Virus record (IMG/VR): IMGVR_UViG_3300010347_001588
Coordinates: 5,791-69,790 of that record
Source: a virus
Taxonomy: Duplodnaviria > Caudoviricetes
Length of the DNA: 64,000 bases
Direction: 5' to 3' (one strand)
Within the stretch, counting starts at the first letter, position 1, and each line of letters begins with the position of its first letter. The notes beneath the pieces were generated by a model that was not told the DNA's origin, made no database searches, and saw only the letters and a list, made by a program, of their open reading frames with translations. Below, piece after piece: positions 1-9,222 of this stretch. A program made the position numbers and the translations under genes.

Positions 1-930
1 CATAATTTGTTCACGTATATTTTTAATTGTTTGATTTGGCTTATCATTTAAATACATGAACTCATTATTCTGTAATCTTTGAAACTCCCACTCATATATT
101 TTCCGTTCCTCTTCTGATAATGTATCCGGATGGCGCGCAATTTTATTTAACGATAATCGCGTATTAAAGGACAGTAACTTCATAAACAATGACATATTAT
201 TCATTTCCAGTGCAAATTGCGCAGTCGGTACTTTTAAATAAGATAGATTTTTCATAATACTTAAAAGAAAACTACTTTTACCCATTGATGATAAGGCAGC
301 AATTGTAGTGATAGCGCCTGGAGCTAACCCTTCCGTCAGATATCGATCCAGTTGTTCAAAACCACATGTATATTTATCTTGATGGCGAGATCGATAATCT
401 CGATATTCCTCCCCAACTTCTGCTAATGATTTGAATTGGGATTCAATACTGGAATAGGTCCCACGGACAATCTCTTGTAAATGATTAACCCGCTTTTCAA
501 TATCGCTAATCGTACTTTTGGGGTTTAAGCACGTCTTATAGATAGAGGAAATTGTAGTGTGTAAAACCGCAGCCTTTGTGGCATCCGTATGTAGTTGGGC
601 AATATGTTCATGGAAATTTTCTTCCGGGACGATATCATAGTTATCGATTAAATCTTTTAGAAATTCAAAATCAAGTTCATGTTTAATTGGGCAGGTTTTT
701 GATTTTAATAAGATTGAATCGATGTTAACCGTCATATTCGAATTAATCGATTCGATGATGCCCCACGCAACGACACGAAATTTTTCCGTTAAAAATCGAT
801 CATAGGGAACTTTCCGAACAAAGATTTCTCTATTTATTTCATCTTTAATCGCATTGGCGAGTATGAGGGCTTCATTCTCATAGTTTATCGGATATTCTAC
901 AAGTGTAGTAATTGGTGCTGTAGTGGTCAT
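1..930 (-). CDS. dnaB: Replicative DnaB-like helicase, N-terminal part (runs off the window edge; not in the ORF track)
   Basis: Manual translation from ATG at 930 (GGGGAG RBS upstream): MTTTAPITTLVEYPINYENEALILANAI...TCGFEQLDRYLTEGLAPGAITTIAALSSMGKSSF (Walker A)...QFALEM. The frame stays open to position 1. Confidence 0.88.
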   Translation of the reverse strand, partial: MTTTAPITTLVEYPINYENEALILANAIKDEINREIFVRKVPYDRFLTEKFRVVAWGIIESINSNMTVNIDSILLKSKTCPIKHELDFEFLKDLIDNYDIVPEENFHEHIAQLHTDATKAAVLHTTISSIYKTCLNPKSTISDIEKRVNHLQEIVRGTYSSIESQFKSLAEVGEEYRDYRSRHQDKYTCGFEQLDRYLTEGLAPGAITTIAALSSMGKSSFLLSIMKNLSYLKVPTAQFALEMNNMSLFMKLLSFNTRLSLNKIARHPDTLSEEERKIYEWEFQRLQNNEFMYLNDKPNQTIKNIREQIM

Positions 931-1015
931 AGACTCCCCAATATGTCTTTCTAATCATACTACGGACACACATACCACTACTAAATATTACCGTATGCGT
1001 GTCAATAAGATTTTG

Positions 1016-1180
1016 TTAATCTTTTGGTAACCCAAAATCGTCGTCAAACTCGCCTGCTACAAACCGTTCTACCAATTCTAAAATTACTGTATGCATAGAA
1101 ATATCGTAAAACTTACATTTATTATTGAGTCTAAAATATAATGGACCTGGTATGAACAATGTCATCTGATGTATTTTCAT
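1016..1180 (-). CDS. Small ribbon-helix-helix-like DNA-binding protein (54 aa, below the ORF-track cutoff)
   Basis: Manual translation MKIHQMTLFIPGPLYFRLNNKCKFYDISMHTVILELVERFVAGEFDDDFGLPKD; beta-strand plus two-helix pattern; start overlaps the stop of the upstream gene. Confidence 0.55.
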   Translation of the reverse strand: MKIHQMTLFIPGPLYFRLNNKCKFYDISMHTVILELVERFVAGEFDDDFGLPKD

Positions 1181-1917
1181 ATGAGTCCAGTGCTTGTTAT
1201 TAGACTATCAAATAATGCATGTGAATTAAAAAATGTCATAATATGACGTTTATATTTATTAATCATATCATATACTGCATGGTAAGAAATATTACGTTCT
1301 TTTGCTATCTGTGAACAGGTCTTACAGCCTAAAAAGAAATCTGCACATACCATTGCTGCTGTTGAATGCGGATAGGCTAGTTCCGCTTTTTTAGACATAA
1401 ATTCAATATAATCATTTATAATAATCATCGCATGCAAATAATGTTCCGTATTTCCACGTGACGAAAACCGTGGGTCAACTACATTTAAGTATTCGCCGAC
1501 AGCACTTTGAGTCACCTGTTTTAATTCCTTTGTTATCCAATGTTTCATACGTTTGAATAATGTTTTATTGATATAATATGAAAACGAAGCAATAGTCGAA
1601 TCATACTGTTTTAACAATAAGAAAAACATTAAATAGGTTTCTTGCAAAATATCCTCATACGAAAATGTTGTCATATCTCCTAATGCTGTTTTTTGCACCA
1701 ATTTTAATGTCTTATTCGCAACTTTCTTAATTAATGGATAATAAATAGTTGAAATAAAATCCATTGCTTCTTTTTGTAAAGGATGCTTACTATCCTGACA
1801 TATGTCAATTGCTAAACGAATACATTCATACAAATAAGCTTCGTCTTCAGGAGACCGGGTTTGAAACTGTTTACTAATTTGCAGACCACGCTCAAAATCC
1901 AATTTCCTCTGTTGCAT
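1177..1917 (-). CDS. Phage RNA polymerase sigma factor (sigma70 family, regions 2 and 4)
   Basis: Region-2-like YYPLIKKVA...YEDILQETYLMFFLLLKQYD...FSYYI; C-terminal HTH TCSQIAKERNISYHAVYDMINK. Confidence 0.75.
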   Translation of the reverse strand: MQQRKLDFERGLQISKQFQTRSPEDEAYLYECIRLAIDICQDSKHPLQKEAMDFISTIYYPLIKKVANKTLKLVQKTALGDMTTFSYEDILQETYLMFFLLLKQYDSTIASFSYYINKTLFKRMKHWITKELKQVTQSAVGEYLNVVDPRFSSRGNTEHYLHAMIIINDYIEFMSKKAELAYPHSTAAMVCADFFLGCKTCSQIAKERNISYHAVYDMINKYKRHIMTFFNSHALFDSLITSTGLI

Positions 1918-1959
1918 AGATGTTCATATAACCCTCCAAAATATCTACTATACATAGTT

Positions 1960-3387
1960 TTACATATTTTCTGAATACTCATTAATTAGTTTTTGGTAAA
2001 GCTCAATCCGCTTTTTTGTACTATATCTTAATAAGTATTTACGTTGACCATTCGCATTAATATATGCTAAATTATCACATATATCAACTACTAATGGCGT
2101 CTTCTTATTTTCAGATACCCTACGTATCCTTCCAATCTTTTGAATTAGTTTCGGCATATTACTGGTCGGACACGTCAAAATTAATGCGGATAATCTCGGA
2201 TAATCTAACCCTTCCGATGCAATTTTGTCATTTGCACAAATACATTGAATTGTATCATCTTTTTGTATTTCGGCCCAATCGACCTTTTTTCTATTTTCCC
2301 CAATAAGTAATATGGAGTTATATTCTAATGAGGTGAGATACTCATGTAAATATTTTAGATGCTTAATCCGAGAACTTAATATCAATGGAACGTACCCTAA
2401 TTCAATTAGTTCTTTTGCTTTATTAAGAATTAGTAAGTTTCGTTCTCGATGTTCTACCAATTTACCTAAAAATTTCGTATAATCTAATACATCTTCACGC
2501 TGTTTACCTGTCCATCGACGGGTAATATCTAATTCCATCGGGATATTGGTATTAACAATTTCAAAAGTAAATGTCGTGATACGATTCTTGATTGAACTCG
2601 GTTTTATGGATTTTAACTTTTCTCCAAATATATCAAATAACAAAAAATGTTTTTCGTCTTTCCGTTCTACTGTTCCAGTAACTCCAACACGATATTTCAT
2701 AGGTAGATGGTTAAGTACTGTTAAATAACTATTAGCAGGTACATGATGAGCCTCATCTACAATCACCATCCCAAATTTGTCAAAGTATGAAGGATCCTCC
2801 TGCATCTTAGTATAGGCACTATTTATGATGGCCGTAACGATATCGCCATCTTCCTTTTTATCCCCATCTAATCGACCAAGCACATAATTCCCACCTACAC
2901 GCTTTTGAATTTCAGATTCCCATTGTGTTCGTAAGCGATGCTCGTGCATTAGAATTAAGGTGGATACTTTTAATTGCGTAATCAATCCAAGCATGGCTAT
3001 GGTTTTCCCTGCACCAGGAGGTGCCTCAATTAACCCACCTTCATGTTTGATTAAAATATCAATAATATCCGTTTGTTGTTTTTCTAATGTCGTATCTCGT
3101 AGAAAACAATCAATGGGATACCCGCATTCTCGGTTATCTACGACACGTAAACGAATATTATTAGCCTTCAGAAACTTACATAATTTCTGCAACCCACCAC
3201 GTGGTATAATAATCCTATTCCCAGAGAAATCATAATGTTTAATATATCTAGGTGTAGTATATACAGACAACTTTAACTTTTTCTTTGCATAATATTCAGG
3301 ATTAGAATAGGTGAATAAGTTGCAAATTTGGGTTATATGTTGTGACACCTCATTAGGATTAATATATAATTTATCTCGAAGAATCAT
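1960..3387 (-). CDS. Superfamily 2 DNA helicase (UvsW-like)
   Basis: Walker A APPGAGKT, DEAH box (VDEAHH), motif III GVTGT, motif VI QKIGRIRR. Confidence 0.9.
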   Translation of the reverse strand: MILRDKLYINPNEVSQHITQICNLFTYSNPEYYAKKKLKLSVYTTPRYIKHYDFSGNRIIIPRGGLQKLCKFLKANNIRLRVVDNRECGYPIDCFLRDTTLEKQQTDIIDILIKHEGGLIEAPPGAGKTIAMLGLITQLKVSTLILMHEHRLRTQWESEIQKRVGGNYVLGRLDGDKKEDGDIVTAIINSAYTKMQEDPSYFDKFGMVIVDEAHHVPANSYLTVLNHLPMKYRVGVTGTVERKDEKHFLLFDIFGEKLKSIKPSSIKNRITTFTFEIVNTNIPMELDITRRWTGKQREDVLDYTKFLGKLVEHRERNLLILNKAKELIELGYVPLILSSRIKHLKYLHEYLTSLEYNSILLIGENRKKVDWAEIQKDDTIQCICANDKIASEGLDYPRLSALILTCPTSNMPKLIQKIGRIRRVSENKKTPLVVDICDNLAYINANGQRKYLLRYSTKKRIELYQKLINEYSENM

Positions 3388-3629
3388 TTATGGATTCTCC
3401 CAAACTCGTTTAGTTTAGTTTGCTGAACCACATCGATATTTTTTTGCAAATAATCCCGCGTAAGTACTAGTGACCGTTCAACGGTTGCACTAGTACTTAG
3501 ACTTTCATGGAACATGTGAAACCAGAGAGCACGCACTTCACTTTTAAGCTTATGAAACTTCTCCCGGTCTCGGACGTATAAATTAATTCTATGTACCATA
3601 TAGTTAAATAATTGTGAACTGATCGTCAA
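3384..3629 (-). CDS. Hypothetical protein (81 aa)
   Basis: Overlaps both neighbours in an operon-like arrangement; no motif recognised. Confidence 0.5.
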   Translation of the reverse strand: MTISSQLFNYMVHRINLYVRDREKFHKLKSEVRALWFHMFHESLSTSATVERSLVLTRDYLQKNIDVVQQTKLNEFGRIHK

Positions 3630-4686
3630 TAATGATTACACTATCATCTAAGAATTGGGTCTTATCTCCCTTTTGTTTTTTGAGTTGATGACGATCTGCA
3701 TCCCTTTTTAGGTTATTAATCCGAGATTGTAATACACGCGGAAGTTTGAGCCCAGCATTTACTAATGTCACACGAATCGATTTTTCTAGCGTTGGATCGA
3801 TGAACATCCCAAGGCGTGATATAGCACTACCAAAACTGGTCTTTAATATTTCAAATACACGCTTGGAGAAATTTGTATATTCAATATTAGTATTCGGGAC
3901 ATCCACATTTACAATGTATGCCAAGGTATCTTTATAATCATACCCTTCAATCAGATATGGTTCTAATAGACGTTCTTTTATCATGACATCCTCAAGTTTG
4001 AAATCTGCTGGAGAAAAACTAACCTCTTTAATATCTAACAAACCATTCCCATATTGTAGAATACGAAGAATTTCTGCGCGGTCAATTGAACCAAGACCAC
4101 TATGGCTAAACTTGTTATCTCGGAGAATATCCAAAACTCCCATGAATCTGGACATAATAAAATAATTAATTTTCTTCCACCAATTTGAACTGACCCCGAT
4201 TTTACTAATGAGATATTCATTATCTGCCAATACTAACATGTTTAGTGGTACGTGACGTAAATCTCGTAGAGTACGCATCGCATTATCTGCTGTAAGCATT
4301 CCAAGCATCTTTGGTGGTAATGTTGCAATAACACCACATTTATACCCATTCTCAATCAAGAATTCAGATACCGGAACTACCATTCCACCACCAGTTCCAC
4401 CACCTAATCCAACTATAATAATGTGCATTTTATTCATTTCAATGATACTATTTATAAATCCTTGAAATTTATTATAATTCTTTTCTAAGATTTGTTTACC
4501 TACTAACGGACTCCCACCAGTACCAGTCGTTTCTAATTGTAAACAATTCTGCGGTTTAATTCTCATATCACGCATATCAACAACATCTGAGTTAATATAA
4601 TACGTTTGAAATCCTAATGAATCAAATTCTGATGCGATTCGACATCCACATTGACCAATACCAATAATTTTGAATGCGTTAATCAT
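3604..4686 (-). CDS. Tubulin/FtsZ-family GTPase (TubZ/PhuZ-like)
   Basis: IIGIGQCGCRIA (T1 loop), signature GLGGGTGGG, T7-loop-like GSIDRAEI, acidic/hydrophobic C-terminal tail DDSVIIIDDQFTII. Confidence 0.9.
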   Translation of the reverse strand: MINAFKIIGIGQCGCRIASEFDSLGFQTYYINSDVVDMRDMRIKPQNCLQLETTGTGGSPLVGKQILEKNYNKFQGFINSIIEMNKMHIIIVGLGGGTGGGMVVPVSEFLIENGYKCGVIATLPPKMLGMLTADNAMRTLRDLRHVPLNMLVLADNEYLISKIGVSSNWWKKINYFIMSRFMGVLDILRDNKFSHSGLGSIDRAEILRILQYGNGLLDIKEVSFSPADFKLEDVMIKERLLEPYLIEGYDYKDTLAYIVNVDVPNTNIEYTNFSKRVFEILKTSFGSAISRLGMFIDPTLEKSIRVTLVNAGLKLPRVLQSRINNLKRDADRHQLKKQKGDKTQFLDDSVIIIDDQFTII

Positions 4687-4696
4687 AATTTTTCTC

Positions 4697-5110
4697 CTAA
4701 TTTTTTAAATGTAATTCTAATGTTTTTAAATAATTCTTAGTAATTTTATCACATATGTCAATATAGGTACAATTAATGCACCGTTTAAGATGATCAGCTA
4801 CTATCTGACTCACTTCGTTTTTGTAATCCTCGAGAATCTTTTTACCTTTCTTTGTGAGCACACACCCAGATAATAATATACGTTCGGTTTCATATGGGAC
4901 ATACTTAGTGATATCCATATCAGCTATTTCATCTTCCGTTACTTCTTCTCGTAACCTAAAAATAGCGTCCGAATCAAAAGTGGATACTTCTCGAACTAAA
5001 GGGATTCCAAGTTTACCTAAACATTCTGGGAGATTAGATTCAGATAATTTTTTACTGATAAGATGGTCAATACTATCCCCAAACGCTTGTAGATTTATCT
5101 TTACATTCAT
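4697..5110 (-). CDS. Hypothetical protein, possible winged-helix and Cys-cluster protein upstream of the tubulin gene
   Basis: LTKKGKKIL resembles the wing-end motif of wHTH proteins; CINCTYIDIC Cys cluster. Confidence 0.5.
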   Translation of the reverse strand: MNVKINLQAFGDSIDHLISKKLSESNLPECLGKLGIPLVREVSTFDSDAIFRLREEVTEDEIADMDITKYVPYETERILLSGCVLTKKGKKILEDYKNEVSQIVADHLKRCINCTYIDICDKITKNYLKTLELHLKN

Positions 5111-5168
5111 CGTGACCTCCCCAATATATTGCTCTATTTAAATACCATTAGTTCATGTGATTAAAACT

Positions 5169-5174
5169 TGTCAA
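5169..5174 (-). promoter_or_regulatory. Sigma70-type -35 hexamer upstream of the ORF137-tubulin operon
   Basis: TTGACA on the minus strand in the intergenic gap; no clear -10 element. Confidence 0.35.
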
Positions 5175-5203
5175 CAAAAATTTGCGCATCTTTTAAGAAA
5201 ATG

Positions 5204-5431
5204 TTATTGGATTGTTACATTTAGTTCTTCATACAAATAAGAACCTTTAATTTTTTTATGAAAAAATGTCCCAATCGACTTTGCGTTTACGAAAAGCTCA
5301 TATACATCCTCCGGTACATTAAAATACCTAAAATACTTACCGTTTCTAAACATAATAAAAAGTGTTTGAGTAGGTTTATCATATCCAATTGCTTGGATTA
5401 GTGAAGTATGGACATTCATCATATATGCCAT
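5204..5431 (-). CDS. KTSC domain protein
   Basis: SLIQAIGYD..TQTLFIMFRNGKYFRYFNVPEDVYELFVNAKSIGTFFHKKIK matches the KTSC pattern. Confidence 0.88.
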   Translation of the reverse strand: MAYMMNVHTSLIQAIGYDKPTQTLFIMFRNGKYFRYFNVPEDVYELFVNAKSIGTFFHKKIKGSYLYEELNVTIQ

Positions 5432-6348
5432 TATACTATACTCTCCAATAGTGGTTTTTCATGATACGTTGATTCTAATAATTCTTCCAAAGAACATTCG
5501 GCCGCATCCTTGTGCGTTTTCGGCAAAAAGCATACCGATACGTGTGAGGTGTGTAATAATGGTAATGCACTTTTAAGTAGTTCTAAACCAGCTGTATCAT
5601 TATCTGGAACTAATACGATATGTTTATATCTTTTTAAAGTTTTGAGTTGTTCTGGCATTAATCGATTAGAAAGACATGCAACACATTGGTTTTTTGTATG
5701 AGAAAAGATAATTGCATCAAAGATACCCTCAGTAATATATAATTTTTTATCTATGTCTGGATATAGATCAAGTCCTGCTAAAAGATGACTACGTGAGACT
5801 GGAGCATACCGTTTACTAGAACCGTATACACTCCGCATAAAATAATTTTGCAATATACCATCTTGATAAATCGGTATCAAAATCCAATTAGTATATCTAC
5901 CTTGCGTGACTACGGATATATGCCAACGATTCACATCCTCATAAGTCACCCCACGACGTTGTAAGTATAAATTATTATGCGCCAACCGATGAGGTGGTAA
6001 TTCTAAATCAGAAGTCATAGTAGGCTCCACTAACGTACGTTTACGGGCACGTACTATTTTAGTAGCCATATCTTCTGAATCTGGAGTAATCGTATTATAT
6101 TTATGTTTATGAACTAATACAAATGCCTCAATACCATGAATGCCCACACTATCTAATAACGTATAAATATTACCATGAAATCCACATCCAAAGCAATGGA
6201 TCGCTCCCGTTCTCACATGAATATACATGGATGGGTTTGTTTCCACATGTTCGGGATTAATGCATTTAATGCACACATTCTCCTGTCCCGCTTTTTTATA
6301 GTGGATTCCAAGATTCTCTAAAAGTGTTGGCACATCATAGTTTGTCAT
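5431..6348 (-). CDS. dnaG: DNA primase (CHC2 zinc finger plus TOPRIM)
   Basis: KCINPEHVETNPSM...HCFGCG zinc finger; ITEGIFDA and VPDND TOPRIM motifs. Confidence 0.9.
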   Translation of the reverse strand: MTNYDVPTLLENLGIHYKKAGQENVCIKCINPEHVETNPSMYIHVRTGAIHCFGCGFHGNIYTLLDSVGIHGIEAFVLVHKHKYNTITPDSEDMATKIVRARKRTLVEPTMTSDLELPPHRLAHNNLYLQRRGVTYEDVNRWHISVVTQGRYTNWILIPIYQDGILQNYFMRSVYGSSKRYAPVSRSHLLAGLDLYPDIDKKLYITEGIFDAIIFSHTKNQCVACLSNRLMPEQLKTLKRYKHIVLVPDNDTAGLELLKSALPLLHTSHVSVCFLPKTHKDAAECSLEELLESTYHEKPLLESIV

Positions 6349-6559
6349 AATTTCCGATAAGATTTAAATCGATAAGTTGTTGTACTAATTCGGGCGTGGT
6401 AAATTTATGGATGCCATGTTTAATACCCCATGCTTCCACTTCTGCTAATTTTTTAGGGGTTAGATAATACTTACTTCTTGCATGTATAGTGGATATTCTA
6501 TTAGTATCATACACATCAATGTCATACCCACTACACCGTATGGTATATTTAAATGCCAT
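6335..6559 (-). CDS. Hypothetical protein (74 aa)
   Basis: Tightly packed between the primase and loader genes. Confidence 0.55.
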   Translation of the reverse strand: MAFKYTIRCSGYDIDVYDTNRISTIHARSKYYLTPKKLAEVEAWGIKHGIHKFTTPELVQQLIDLNLIGNYDKL

Positions 6560-7245
6560 TATACTATGCTCCCTTGTATCTTCACAGCGATTGCCGCACG
6601 AACTACTAGATCCCTACATTGATCATATATAGAATTTATTTCTCGAATCTTCGTATTAGATGTACAAATAAACTTTTTTCCATCATTTAACGAGGCGTTC
6701 AACCAATGAAACAAATTTATTTTCGTGTATTCACCATGGGCATAACTTCGGGTAACATCGAAGGCATCATCTAAGATATATACCTCAGCGCTATTTAAAT
6801 CATCTAAGATATCTGATTTATTTTCAAAATCGGTGAAAATTGTTAATAAATTATGCATCGTAATAAATCGTACCTTGACTCCCGTACGAATCAGACTAAG
6901 ACCTAATAATACCGCAAAGGTGGTATGCCCTGCATTTGCTTCAGTACCATATATCCAAATGATTTGATACTTCTCAAACATCGTGTGTGGATTGGCGGCC
7001 ATTTCTTCTAGCCACTCCACAGGCTGTTTATTCTGGTCTCCAACTCTTTTTGCCTTCTCTCGATATGACTCAAACGTACAATCCAAATATTTTTTGGGAA
7101 TCCGTGAAAAGGTTAATAAGACATCGATCTTTGCTTGCATGTCCTTTTCTTTTCGACATTCACATGGTACTGCTTCTAATGTCCCTAAAGAGTTCTCTTT
7201 TATTAAGAATCCAGAACCATTACATTTGTTATATGGACATTTCAT
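6559..7245 (-). CDS. DnaC/IstB-like helicase loader with a degenerate Walker A
   Basis: N-terminal CxxxxC...CEC zinc site, SRIPKKYLDCTFESY motif, Walker B YILDDAF; Walker A reads GTEANAGHTT. Confidence 0.75.
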   Translation of the reverse strand: MKCPYNKCNGSGFLIKENSLGTLEAVPCECRKEKDMQAKIDVLLTFSRIPKKYLDCTFESYREKAKRVGDQNKQPVEWLEEMAANPHTMFEKYQIIWIYGTEANAGHTTFAVLLGLSLIRTGVKVRFITMHNLLTIFTDFENKSDILDDLNSAEVYILDDAFDVTRSYAHGEYTKINLFHWLNASLNDGKKFICTSNTKIREINSIYDQCRDLVVRAAIAVKIQGSIV

Positions 7246-7255
7246 TATTCGATCC

Positions 7256-7774
7256 TTAACTGATTTCTTTTCCTTCTATAATATTATCATAGATTCTAAT
7301 AAACTCATCTTCAAGCATGATAACATAACTCTCTTTATCTAACATAAATGAAAATAGAATTGACTTTTGATTCTTCCGATATACTTCTTCCAAAAAATTC
7401 AATTCTAATGTAATGGATGAAGTATTATGTGTTAATACCTGCAAATTGCTATCATTACGAATAAGTATATCCTTTTCTCTCAGAACTATAAAATTAATAG
7501 CTTGATTATAGTTTAATTTAAACCCAATTCGCAATGCTGGTATTTTGTTAATATTTTTGGCATTCGTAGCTAATTTAATAAACACCGATTTATTAAAGAC
7601 ATACTTATCCCGAGTAGTAAACTTATCCTCAAATAAAAAATAATCATTTGACACATCATTTTTCTTATTCCATAATGCGCCAGAATAAGTATGTCTCTTT
7701 CCGTTTATTTTATTAGCAAATTCCTTCTCCCGTTTCCGTGATACCCCTTTTATCTTTTTAGGTTTATAATACAT
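7256..7774 (-). CDS. PD-(D/E)xK-type nuclease, Holliday-junction-resolvase-like
   Basis: REKEFA...SGALWNKKNDV...FLFEDKFT pattern typical of phage resolvase-like nucleases. Confidence 0.65.
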   Translation of the reverse strand: MYYKPKKIKGVSRKREKEFANKINGKRHTYSGALWNKKNDVSNDYFLFEDKFTTRDKYVFNKSVFIKLATNAKNINKIPALRIGFKLNYNQAINFIVLREKDILIRNDSNLQVLTHNTSSITLELNFLEEVYRKNQKSILFSFMLDKESYVIMLEDEFIRIYDNIIEGKEIS

Positions 7775-7780
7775 AAATAA

Positions 7781-9220
7781 TCACCTGTGAAATAATTTCT
7801 TGTACACATCTGCATATGATTTAGGATAATTTTCGTTCATATATTCTAATACTTTATTCATACCATGAAACTTCATGTCATTATAAATATAATATGACCC
7901 AACACGTTCAATAATATTTTCTCTGATCGCTAAATACACTAATTCAGATCTATGATCAATTCCTATTGGTCTGAACTCATTCGGACAAAAATAATAATCA
8001 AATTCATACATCGAACTTGGATTATTTAATTTATTTTTTTCTGCTCGTAAACGTACTTTTTGTCCAAATGCCGTATCTTTAAATTCAGCACGTTCCCCAC
8101 TTGCTTTCAAAAAATGCTCGCGTTTTAACTCTAACGCAAGGGCAATGTGATGCTCTACAGCTTTCCCACCAGAAAATGTGTCCGGGCCTGATACGAACAT
8201 ACCTAAATTGGCGCGTACTTGGGAGATAATAAAAAATGCTGGCTTAAAGGCTTCTTTAGGATCCTCTAAATTACCAGCGGCAAAAGCGCTACAAACTTTT
8301 CGCATAAGCAGTCCGTTTTGACGTGCTTCAATCCCCATAGTAGCTTGATCTGCGTCTTTTTCATACACACGAAGGGGAATGGCAGCTTGTAGAGAATCCC
8401 ATACAATAATATCCGCCCCACGCGACTTAATGATTGGGATTACCATATCAATTCCTTCTTCAGTAAACTCAGGGTCCGCTACCAACAATCGGTCAATAAG
8501 TACTCCACATTCTTTCACATAATCCTTCGTAGGTAAGGAAGGAACCACAACAGAAGAAACTTCAATTCCTTCGAAATACTTTTCTAATTCTTTTATTCGG
8601 GCTTTTTTCGCTTTCGCATCAATTAAATCTGTATCACCAGAAATTTCATAATCATTTGAACTGGTAAGTGTTTCATACTCCACACATTTATCATTATAAT
8701 CAAGTTCATCAATTTTCTCGCCCGTCGCTTTATCAATATACGTATGGATGTTACGAGTAGTTTGTGCCTCTGTCGATAGACTACGTTCATAATCAAAGAA
8801 ACATGCAATACGACCTTCAGAATTTCCACAATTACAAAGGGGGATTGCACAAATATTCATTAATACATCAGTCCACCGATCCTTAACTTCCATTTCTCCG
8901 AACTCTGGTAATACACCACCACAATTTTTACATAGTCTTTGATTATATGCAATAGTTTGATACAATAAGGCATTTTTACCAGAGCTACGACCCCCAAATA
9001 GTAACTGCATTCGTCTATAGGCAAACCCACCACCAACAATATGGTCCACGCAAAATGAACCTGAAAAGAATCGTTGTAAGATACATGAATGTGCACGATC
9101 TAATGTTGTAATTTTAATTGTGTTATATTGCTTATTAATCTCCGTGATTACATTATTAACTACTGTTTTGGTTTCGCTCTCAGCTTTAGCAGTTTCGTTT
9201 TCGTTTACTCTTTTTCTCAT
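7781..9220 (-). CDS. recA: RecA/UvsX-like recombinase with two large insertions
   Basis: SGSFCVDHIVGGG, Walker A FGGRSSGKN, FFDYERSL, GVLIDRLLVADPE, WDSLQA, ISQVR, FSGGKAVEHHIAL. Confidence 0.88.
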   Translation of the reverse strand: MRKRVNENETAKAESETKTVVNNVITEINKQYNTIKITTLDRAHSCILQRFFSGSFCVDHIVGGGFAYRRMQLLFGGRSSGKNALLYQTIAYNQRLCKNCGGVLPEFGEMEVKDRWTDVLMNICAIPLCNCGNSEGRIACFFDYERSLSTEAQTTRNIHTYIDKATGEKIDELDYNDKCVEYETLTSSNDYEISGDTDLIDAKAKKARIKELEKYFEGIEVSSVVVPSLPTKDYVKECGVLIDRLLVADPEFTEEGIDMVIPIIKSRGADIIVWDSLQAAIPLRVYEKDADQATMGIEARQNGLLMRKVCSAFAAGNLEDPKEAFKPAFFIISQVRANLGMFVSGPDTFSGGKAVEHHIALALELKREHFLKASGERAEFKDTAFGQKVRLRAEKNKLNNPSSMYEFDYYFCPNEFRPIGIDHRSELVYLAIRENIIERVGSYYIYNDMKFHGMNKVLEYMNENYPKSYADVYKKLFHR

Positions 9221-9222
9221 GA

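Noticed and set aside
977-1005. Complete sigma70 promoter upstream of dnaB
   Set aside because: TTGACA is present (1000-1005, minus strand) but there is no convincing -10 at 16-18 bp spacing
8528-8935. Intein in RecA
   Set aside because: The insert starts near a Cys but has no C-terminal His-Asn followed by Cys/Ser/Thr, no homing-endonuclease motifs, and is split into two short pieces
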